DNA from: a virus
Lineage: Duplodnaviria > Heunggongvirae > Uroviricota > Caudoviricetes
Direction: 5' to 3' (one strand)
DNA: 5,162 nucleotides
IMG/VR virus record: IMGVR_UViG_2671180574_000017
Positions 1 through 5,162 of the stretch are shown here, in pieces; within the stretch, counting starts at the first letter, position 1; each line of letters starts with the position of its first letter. The position numbers and the translations under genes are program-made. Under the pieces are notes generated by a model. It worked only from the letters and a program-made list of their open reading frames with translations. It was not told the DNA's origin and ran no database searches.

Positions 1-39
1 AACAAATGGTAGTGTCCGCTATTGCCAGTACACCTCAGG
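1..39 (+). mobile_element. Right-terminal fragment of an IS3-family insertion sequence; the body of this copy lies upstream of the window
   Basis: Bases 1-39 are identical to 2098-2136, the sequence just after the transposase stop of the IS at 1214-2136; the two diverge after ...cctcagg. The end resembles an IS3-group terminal repeat (GTGTCC.CTATTGC...CA). Confidence 0.7.
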
Positions 40-164
40 GTATAAGGGGTTATGGCCACCGGACTACCAAACGGCTGCCAGCCCTCTTTCAGTTTATGTG
101 TCAGCTTTTCCGCAAGATCTGACGGCGGCGCCGCCCTGACAACATCATAGTGTTTAAATGCCAT
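40..164 (-). CDS. Small lambdoid-phage late-region protein (DUF1737-like, tentative), 3' end disrupted by IS insertion
   Basis: Minus-strand ATG at 164-162 preceded by GGTGGA Shine-Dalgarno; translation MAFKHYDVVRAAPSDLAEKLTHKLKEGWQPFGSPVAITPY, then the frame runs into the IS end at 39/40 and continues open to the window edge. Family assignment is from memory of the motif, not a search. Confidence 0.45.
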
Positions 165-357
165 GGTTCTTTCCACCATCTGAAAAATAATTCTTTAAAA
201 TACCTGACATGTAATACAGAAAAAACACAAAACCATACCTTAAATAAAAACCTGATTATCAAGCAGATATGCATGGATAAACTACAAGACGAGATATAAA
301 CCACCCTGCATTTAAATAAACAATAAACAACATCAGAAAAATAATTCTGCTCTATGG

Positions 358-384
358 TTTACATTCAAAAATATCATTTATACT
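358..384 (+). promoter_or_regulatory. Candidate sigma70 promoter for the plus-strand ORF starting at 425
   Basis: TTTACA at 358-363 and TATACT at 379-384 (15-bp spacer, short), followed by AAGGA RBS at 414-418 and ATG at 425. Confidence 0.3.
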
Positions 385-424
385 TTTCAGAACATCACCA
401 GCAAGGCATAAACAAGGAAACTAA

Positions 425-760
425 ATGAAGTGGATTGTGATTGATACAGTTATCCAGCCATCATGCGGAATATCTTTTTCAGTCATATGGAGTAAAATAA
501 AATTAATAATCTGGTATCAATCGGATGCTTTCTTACCTCCTGAAAGTATATTTACACTGACTCACACAGGCATCATGCTCAATAACAAAGTGCTACCTGT
601 AACCATTTACAACGTAGTACCATTCAATAAAACATTCTGGAATTCAATCAAAAATAGCCAGGAATGCCCTACAAATACAGATAACGTATTGAATGAATGC
701 TTTAATAACCGTTGCACTCTGCAAATATGTCCTTATGGACTAAAACAACAAAGTCCATAA
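425..760 (+). CDS. Hypothetical small AT-rich protein (111 aa, Cys-rich C-terminus); only the first 14 codons lie outside the duplicated module
   Basis: ORF-track ORF with a good RBS and candidate promoter; a stop-free 111-codon frame across a ~35% GC stretch is unlikely by chance; the stop codon sits inside a 12-bp perfect palindrome. No recognisable homology. Copy 2 (3636-3821) lacks the start. Confidence 0.35.
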   Translation: MKWIVIDTVIQPSCGISFSVIWSKIKLIIWYQSDAFLPPESIFTLTHTGIMLNNKVLPVTIYNVVPFNKTFWNSIKNSQECPTNTDNVLNECFNNRCTLQICPYGLKQQSP

Positions 761-1213
761 GGAGTTTACTCACATCTGACAAAATCAATATAAACAGCCC
801 CTCCGGAGAGGGGCTGGAGAGTGGCGCTATGTGCCATTGCATGGTGCCGGGTGCCTCCCGGTGAATTCAGTACCAGCACCTGAATCCGCGATTATCCCAT
901 ATACCTACTCGCTGATTGCCCCTCCGCACAGGGGGATTCACCATGCCAGTTTCTTTTAACAAACTCCCCGCAAACCAGACAACAGTCAACCGCCTGAATT
1001 GTGAAGTATTTAAAAATTTCTCCCGCTAACTGATACCCGGCTAACAGTCTGGCGTTTTCTTTTTCAGCAACGGGAAAGCAACAACCACCACACCCGCCAC
1101 CAGCACACCGTCAGCCAGCACTGACATTATCCGGCTGCTGCAATGCCATTCACAAAAACAGTAAGCAATCACTTTTTACCGTAACAGGTGATAATCCAGA
1201 TATGTATCTACCC
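467..1213. repeat. 747-bp duplicated module, copy 1 (100% identical to 3528-4274)
   Basis: Line-by-line comparison shows identity across the full 747 bp at offset 3061; different flanks on both sides in each copy. Confidence 0.9.
796..815 (-). terminator. GC-rich hairpin (AGCCCCTC-CGGA-GAGGGGCT), possible minus-strand intrinsic terminator; also at 3857-3876
   Basis: Perfect 8-bp stem; on the minus strand it is followed by GTTTATATTGATTTTG (interrupted T-run). Confidence 0.3.
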
Positions 1214-2089
1214 ATCGCTGAAAAATACGCGTTAATCGAACAATGGCGACAACAATTTCCCATTGAAGCGATGTGTCAGGTATTTGGTGTATCCAGGAGC
1301 GGTTATTACAACTGGGTACAGCATGAACCCTCAGACAGAAAACAAAGTGATGAGCGGCTAAAACTGGAGATTAAGGTGGCACATATCCGCACTCGCGAAA
1401 CATATGGAACCCGGCGGCTCCAGACGGAGCTGGCAGAGAATGGCATCATCGTTGGTCGTGACCGACTGGCACGTCTTCGTAAGGAGCTAAGGCTACGCTG
1501 TAAGCAGAAACGCAAGTTCAGAGCGACTACGAACTCGAACCACAATCTGCCAGTTGCGCCAAATCTGCTGAACCAGACGTTCGCTCCTACAGCACCAAAT
1601 CAGGTCTGGGTGGCGGACCTGACGTATGTTGCCACACAGGAGGGATGGTTGTACCTCGCTGGCATCAAAGATGTTTATACGTGCGAAATTGTCGGCTACG
1701 CCATGGGAGAGCGCATGACAAAAGAGCTGACAGGTAAAGCCCTGTTTATGGCGCTCAGGAGCCAGCGCCCACCTGCCGGGCTAATCCACCACTCTGATCG
1801 AGGTTCACAGTACTGCGCATACGATTACCGGGTCATACAGGAGCAGTCTGGTCTGAAAACATCAATGTCGCGTAAAGGTAACTGTTACGACAACGCTCCG
1901 ATGGAAAGCTTCTGGGGAACGCTGAAAAATGAGAGCCTGAGCCACTATCGTTTTAATAACCGGGATGAAGCCATCTCAGTAATACGGGAATACATTGAGA
2001 TTTTCTACAATCGTCAGCGTCGTCACTCTCGTCTGGGGAATATCTCCCCGGCAGCCTTCAGGGAAAAATATCATCAGATGGCTGCTTAA
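1202..2089 (+). CDS. IS3-family transposase OrfB (DDE integrase-core domain) fragment; authentic IS sequence starts at 1214, and the first four codons (MYLP) come from the adjacent module
   Basis: Translation aligns with IS3 InsF-type OrfB (e.g. QFPIEAMCQVFGVSRSGYYNW ... DLTYV ... HSDRGSQY ... CYDNAPMESFWGTLKNE); recalled from memory, not searched. Confidence 0.85.
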   Translation: MYLPIAEKYALIEQWRQQFPIEAMCQVFGVSRSGYYNWVQHEPSDRKQSDERLKLEIKVAHIRTRETYGTRRLQTELAENGIIVGRDRLARLRKELRLRCKQKRKFRATTNSNHNLPVAPNLLNQTFAPTAPNQVWVADLTYVATQEGWLYLAGIKDVYTCEIVGYAMGERMTKELTGKALFMALRSQRPPAGLIHHSDRGSQYCAYDYRVIQEQSGLKTSMSRKGNCYDNAPMESFWGTLKNESLSHYRFNNRDEAISVIREYIEIFYNRQRRHSRLGNISPAAFREKYHQMAA

Positions 2090-2136
2090 AAAAAGAACAA
2101 ATGGTAGTGTCCGCTATTGCCAGTACACCTCAGGAT
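1214..2136 (+). mobile_element. IS3-family insertion sequence, 5'-truncated (orfA and left inverted repeat missing)
   Basis: Carries the transposase OrfB frame and an IS3-like right end; the left end abuts the 747-bp module directly at 1213/1214 with no OrfA and no left terminal repeat. Confidence 0.85.
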
Positions 2137-2321
2137 AGCGGTCATGTGATGCCGGTTTCCCGGTAACTCAGCACCGGTATCTGAGTCAACGTTTTCTCTA
2201 CTGGGTCATTTCCGATACGCCCTGCCTGCTGACAGGCTTTCATCACATCTGAAAATATAGCACCCTGACTGATACTGTAGTACCTAAGGTTCCAGAAACT
2301 GTGATGTATCCGGCACAGAAA

Positions 2322-2544
2322 AGCCCCTCCGGAGAGGGCTGGAGAGTGGCGCTATGTGCCATTGCATGATGCCGGGTGCCTCCCGGTGAATTCAGTACCA
2401 GCACCTGAATCCGCGATTATCCCATATACCTACTCGCTGATTGCCCCTCCGCACAGGGGGATTCACCATGCCAGTTTCTTTTAACAAACTCCCCGCAAAA
2501 CAGACAACTGTCAACCGTCTGAATTGTGAGACATTTAAAAAAAA
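2322..2544. repeat. Third, diverged copy (roughly 97% identity) of the 223-bp core of the module (matches 796-1018 and 3857-4079)
   Basis: Direct comparison shows a handful of substitutions and one 1-bp indel; homology ends sharply on both sides. Confidence 0.85.
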
Positions 2545-2562
2545 GGCCCGCAAAAGCGAGCC
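2537..2562 (-). terminator. Rho-independent terminator immediately downstream of the minus-strand tRNA-Arg
   Basis: Minus-strand RNA GGCUCGC-UUUU-GCGGGCC (one U-G wobble) followed by eight U residues. Confidence 0.7.
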
Positions 2563-2576
2563 AGGGAAAATAAGTG

Positions 2577-2653
2577 TGGCGCGTTGTACTGGATTCGAAC
2601 CAGTGACCGATTGCTTAGAAGGCAATTGCTCTGTCCGGCTGAGCTAACAACGC
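2577..2653 (-). tRNA. tRNA-Arg (anticodon UCU)
   Basis: Manual cloverleaf: acceptor GCGTTGT/ACAACGC, D-stem GCTC/GAGC, anticodon stem ATTGC/GCAAT with loop CTTCTAA, T-arm ACTGG-TTCGAAT-CCAGT, discriminator G, encoded CCA. Confidence 0.85.
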
Positions 2654-2666
2654 ATGATGCAGATAA

Positions 2667-2743
2667 TGGACCGCCATCGGGGACTTGAACCCCGCGCAGC
2701 CAGCTTCGAAGGCTGGCGCTCTTTCCTGATGAGCTAATGGCGG
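2667..2743 (-). tRNA. tRNA-Arg (anticodon UCG), phage-type
   Basis: Manual cloverleaf: acceptor CCGCCAT/ATGGCGG, D-stem GCTC/GAGC, anticodon stem CCAGC/GCTGG with loop CTTCGAA, T-arm CGGGG-TTCAAGT-CCCCG, encoded CCA. Confidence 0.75.
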
Positions 2744-2750
2744 TATGTGA

Positions 2751-2796
2751 TGGTGGCCCTTGCTGGATTTGAACCAGCGACCTGGCGATTATGAGT
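2751..2796 (-). tRNA. 3' partial tRNA-Ile (CAU): 46 nt from the anticodon loop to CCA, with the 5' half replaced by unrelated DNA (att-like remnant)
   Basis: Identical to the 3' 46 nt of the intact tRNA at 4910-4985; identity stops at the anticodon stem-loop boundary. Confidence 0.8.
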
Positions 2797-2905
2797 TGGT
2801 TGATAACCCTTTACTTACAGATACTTAGCGATACTTTTCAATACCTTAGCATTTTTTAAAACTACTGTATAAATACCTGTATATACCCCAAAATACTTCT
2901 TTACG

Positions 2906-2953
2906 GTATCCTATAGGTATCCTGGAGCAGAACAAGCGATTTTCCAGGATACC
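2906..2953. promoter_or_regulatory. Cluster of GGTATCCT repeats (two direct, one inverted) between the tRNA fragment and the integrase start; candidate integrase arm-type sites or int operator
   Basis: GGTATCCT at 2906-2913 and 2916-2923; perfect 11-bp inverted repeat GGTATCCTGGA (2916-2926) / TCCAGGATACC (2943-2953). Confidence 0.35.
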
Positions 2954-2976
2954 AGATCGCTTGGTGGGGTGTATGA

Positions 2977-3528
2977 GTGAAATTATTCAGATTCTCTAAA
3001 GTAAAAATTGCAGAACTGCCAACGCCGGAACATGGACAGGTCGAATATGGTGATACGGAGGTTAACGGGCTGCGTGTCCGTGTAGGTTCGTCTGGTGTGA
3101 AAAGTTTCTGCATTTCCCGTAAGCGTAACGGAAAATTTATTCGTGCAACGCTGGGGCGTTTTCCTGATCTGAGCGTGGATAATGCCAGGGCTAAAGCTAT
3201 GGAACTCCTTGGCGAAGTCGCCACAACGGGGATAAATCCGAACATAGCAAAGCGCACTAACAACAAGGCCATGATAACGCTGAGTGAGGCGATTGACGCC
3301 TACGTAAAAAATCGTGGCCACCGCCTGAAACCCGCCACAGAAAAACAGTACCGCAGCATATTACAGAATTATTCCGGTGACTGGATGGCCCATACCCTCG
3401 CCAGTATTTCCCGCGAACGGGTGGAACAACGGCATAAGGCCATCACTGATGGGGCTGTATGGTTCGGTGCTGATAAAACCACGTTACGGGCTGGGGTTGG
3501 TACAGGAAGCAAGGCACAGGCCGATTAG
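2977..3528 (+). CDS. Tyrosine recombinase / phage integrase, N-terminal fragment (arm-binding and SAM-like domains), 3'-truncated at the module boundary
   Basis: GTG start after a GGTGGGG RBS-like run; the N-terminal ~150 aa shows the typical arm-binding-domain pattern (GL.VRV...G.KSF......GK.....[15 protein letters not shown]...V..GINP) and then a linker ([11 protein letters not shown]...[13 protein letters not shown]); no catalytic domain; the stop codon overlaps the first base of the module. Confidence 0.75.
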   Translation: MKLFRFSKVKIAELPTPEHGQVEYGDTEVNGLRVRVGSSGVKSFCISRKRNGKFIRATLGRFPDLSVDNARAKAMELLGEVATTGINPNIAKRTNNKAMITLSEAIDAYVKNRGHRLKPATEKQYRSILQNYSGDWMAHTLASISRERVEQRHKAITDGAVWFGADKTTLRAGVGTGSKAQAD

Positions 3529-4274
3529 GAATATCTTTTTCAGTCATATGGAGTAAAATAAAATTAATAATCTGGTATCAATCGGATGCTTTCTTACCTC
3601 CTGAAAGTATATTTACACTGACTCACACAGGCATCATGCTCAATAACAAAGTGCTACCTGTAACCATTTACAACGTAGTACCATTCAATAAAACATTCTG
3701 GAATTCAATCAAAAATAGCCAGGAATGCCCTACAAATACAGATAACGTATTGAATGAATGCTTTAATAACCGTTGCACTCTGCAAATATGTCCTTATGGA
3801 CTAAAACAACAAAGTCCATAAGGAGTTTACTCACATCTGACAAAATCAATATAAACAGCCCCTCCGGAGAGGGGCTGGAGAGTGGCGCTATGTGCCATTG
3901 CATGGTGCCGGGTGCCTCCCGGTGAATTCAGTACCAGCACCTGAATCCGCGATTATCCCATATACCTACTCGCTGATTGCCCCTCCGCACAGGGGGATTC
4001 ACCATGCCAGTTTCTTTTAACAAACTCCCCGCAAACCAGACAACAGTCAACCGCCTGAATTGTGAAGTATTTAAAAATTTCTCCCGCTAACTGATACCCG
4101 GCTAACAGTCTGGCGTTTTCTTTTTCAGCAACGGGAAAGCAACAACCACCACACCCGCCACCAGCACACCGTCAGCCAGCACTGACATTATCCGGCTGCT
4201 GCAATGCCATTCACAAAAACAGTAAGCAATCACTTTTTACCGTAACAGGTGATAATCCAGATATGTATCTACCC
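3528..4274. repeat. 747-bp duplicated module, copy 2 (100% identical to 467-1213)
   Basis: See copy 1; here it lies between the truncated integrase (plus) and a truncated minus-strand ORF. Confidence 0.9.
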
Positions 4275-4622
4275 CAGATGAGTAATCCGAAGTTCATCCA
4301 TACCACAGGTCCTGGCTATTCTGTTGTACTCCTGAACAAGAGCAAATAATTCTGAATTAGCAACCATGAACTCATCGCAAACCCTCTGTATAGCATCACT
4401 ATTCAGAATAATAACGTCTCTTCCCGAAAGACGATCAGGAGTACAGAACAAAACTGTCAAACGGCTGAAGGCCTTTGCTCGTGCTGCATTGACTATATCA
4501 ATACGCTGCCTAAGGATGAAACACCCCGACGCCTCATCAATATTCACTCTACCCACACCATATGAATGATAAATATTTAATGCTGAAAAAACCATTAGAC
4601 CGTATAACAAACACTCAATCAA
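4269..4622 (-). CDS. Hypothetical protein, probably a 3'-truncated fragment (last codon and stop are supplied by the module end)
   Basis: ORF-track ORF (TTG start; internal ATG at codon 10); AT-rich codon usage; no recognisable homology; the frame ends exactly at the module boundary. Confidence 0.3.
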   Translation of the reverse strand: MIECLLYGLMVFSALNIYHSYGVGRVNIDEASGCFILRQRIDIVNAARAKAFSRLTVLFCTPDRLSGRDVIILNSDAIQRVCDEFMVANSELFALVQEYNRIARTCGMDELRITHLG

Positions 4623-4732
4623 TACTTAACAGAACTTTTATTTTTGACAAACATAAAATATTTTCAACAATATCCTGAGCCAGGTATATTTCAGTATAAG
4701 GCTCTGCCGGAAGGAATCTGGAAGAATGAATA

Positions 4733-4809
4733 TGGCGCGCTGTACTGGATTCGAACCAGTGACCGATTGCTTAGAAGGCAATTGCTCTGTCCGGCTGAGC
4801 TAACAACGC
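4733..4809 (-). tRNA. tRNA-Arg (anticodon UCU)
   Basis: Same cloverleaf as 2577-2653, with one acceptor-stem change giving a G-U pair; encoded CCA. Confidence 0.85.
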
Positions 4810-4822
4810 TGAATACCGATAA

Positions 4823-4902
4823 TGGACCGCCATCGGGGACCCGCCCCCGCACCAACAACCCTGTTATCGTGTCGTCTGCTCTTCCTGATAAGCTAATGGC
4901 GG
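4823..4902 (-). pseudogene. Degenerate tRNA-like gene (homolog of the tRNA-Arg UCG at 2667-2743); acceptor and D-arm kept, anticodon arm and T-loop replaced
   Basis: Both termini match 2667-2743 (TGGACCGCCATCGGGGAC ... CTAATGGCGG); the interior is a GC-rich 45-nt segment with no canonical anticodon arm and no TTC T-loop. Confidence 0.55.
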
Positions 4903-4909
4903 TTTGTGA

Positions 4910-4985
4910 TGGTGGCCCTTGCTGGATTTGAACCAGCGACCTGGCGATTATGAGTCGCTCGCTCTCACCACTGAGCTAAAGGGCC
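4910..4985 (-). tRNA. tRNA-Ile2 (anticodon CAU, lysidine-type; ileX/ileZ-like)
   Basis: Manual cloverleaf: acceptor GGCCCTT/AAGGGCC, D-arm GCTC-AGTGGTGA-GAGC, anticodon loop CTCATAA, T-arm GCTGG-TTCAAAT-CCAGC, discriminator A, CCA; closely resembles E. coli ileX as recalled. Confidence 0.85.
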
Positions 4986-5028
4986 GGGAGCAGAATAATA
5001 ACGGTCCGTAATTAATTCCGCAATAAAA

Positions 5029-5048
5029 AACCCGCTCGGCGGCGGGTT
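5029..5048 (-). terminator. Intrinsic terminator upstream of the tRNA array (tR'-like position)
   Basis: Minus-strand hairpin AACCCGC-CGCCGA-GCGGGTT followed by TTTTTTATT. Confidence 0.5.
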
Positions 5049-5095
5049 GTAGAAACTCTTCTAACGTCAGGCATAAAACGCCCATAGTTATGACG

Positions 5096-5123
5096 AATTT
5101 ACCACAGATTCCGGAAAAATCAA
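5096..5123 (-). promoter_or_regulatory. Candidate lambdoid late promoter (PR'-like) reading leftward into the terminator and tRNA array
   Basis: On the minus strand: TTGATT, 16-bp spacer, TAAATT, then ...ATGGG; this resembles the lambda PR' -10 TAAATT and ATGGG transcript start as recalled from memory. Confidence 0.35.
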
Positions 5124-5162
5124 CCTAGTTACCTTTTTTAACTGCCGCTCAGCCCATGCTTC

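Noticed and set aside
101-304. Minus-strand 67-aa ORF from the ORF track
   Set aside because: Low-complexity translation in an AT-rich intergenic region; it overlaps, in a different frame, the better-supported minus-strand gene at 40-164, which has an RBS and a recognisable phage-like product.
467-1213. The 747-bp module as an IS200/IS605-type element, given its roughly 700-bp size and hairpins
   Set aside because: It has no HUH transposase ORF and its ends are not inverted repeats; the only ORFs are a start-less AT-rich frame and a 28-codon small ORF.
1306-1545. Minus-strand 79-aa ORF
   Set aside because: It lies entirely antisense within the IS3-family transposase gene and has an Arg/Ser-rich translation typical of antisense frames.
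2137-2319. Short minus-strand frame ending in ...MKACQQAGRIGNDPVEKTLTQIPVLSYRETGIT
   Set aside because: Only about 33 codons after the first Met, no RBS, and it starts inside a terminator hairpin; more likely a noncoding remnant between the core repeat and the IS.
2392-2647. ORFs 2392-2625 (minus) and 2441-2647 (plus)
   Set aside because: Both run across the tRNA-Arg gene, the terminator and the structured core repeat; only the short 5' portion of the plus-strand frame (the 28-codon small ORF) is plausibly meaningful.
2901-3321. Minus-strand ORFs 2901-3272 and 2983-3321
   Set aside because: They are antisense to the integrase fragment, which has clear family-typical sequence; the antisense frames have no RBS or recognisable content.
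3636-3821. 61-aa plus-strand ORF
   Set aside because: It is the start-less internal portion of copy 2 of the ORF 425-760; there is no independent start context, so it is not a separate gene.
4275-4732. Shiga-toxin-like cargo downstream of the tRNA array
   Set aside because: The array resembles those of Stx phages, but the only ORF here does not resemble StxA or StxB as I recall them, and the region is only about 450 bp.
4366-4931. Plus-strand ORFs 4366-4569 and 4644-4931
   Set aside because: The first is antisense to the 117-aa ORF; the second reads across three minus-strand tRNA genes.
2320-4985. CRISPR array, suggested by the recurring repeats
   Set aside because: The repeats are hundreds of bp long, only two or three copies, and irregularly spaced with tRNA genes between them; there are no short regular repeat-spacer units.

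Overview
This window looks like a decayed, heavily rearranged late region of a lambdoid prophage (Enterobacteriaceae-like), transcribed mainly on the minus strand. All calls are from reading the sequence by eye; no searches or folding programs were run. Reading right to left: a PR'-like promoter and intrinsic terminator (5029-5123); a compact phage tRNA array (intact tRNA-Ile CAU 4910-4985, a degenerate tRNA-like gene 4823-4902, tRNA-Arg UCU 4733-4809); a truncated hypothetical ORF (4269-4622); a 747-bp mostly noncoding module (3528-4274); and a 3'-truncated tyrosine integrase (2977-3528, plus strand) with arm-like repeats upstream. Next comes a second, diverged copy of the tRNA array in which the Ile tRNA is cut exactly at the anticodon loop (2751-2796), followed by tRNA-Arg UCG (2667-2743), tRNA-Arg UCU (2577-2653) and a strong terminator. 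Further left are a partial copy of the module core (2322-2544), a 5'-truncated IS3-family element (1214-2136), a second 100% identical copy of the 747-bp module (467-1213), a short AT-rich ORF start with its own promoter and RBS (425), and a DUF1737-like small phage gene (40-164) cut by the right end of another IS copy (1-39). I see no intact multi-gene system. The most interesting signals are the att-like junction inside a phage-borne tRNA gene with an adjacent integrase remnant, and the perfectly duplicated, highly structured module whose 223-bp core occurs three times.
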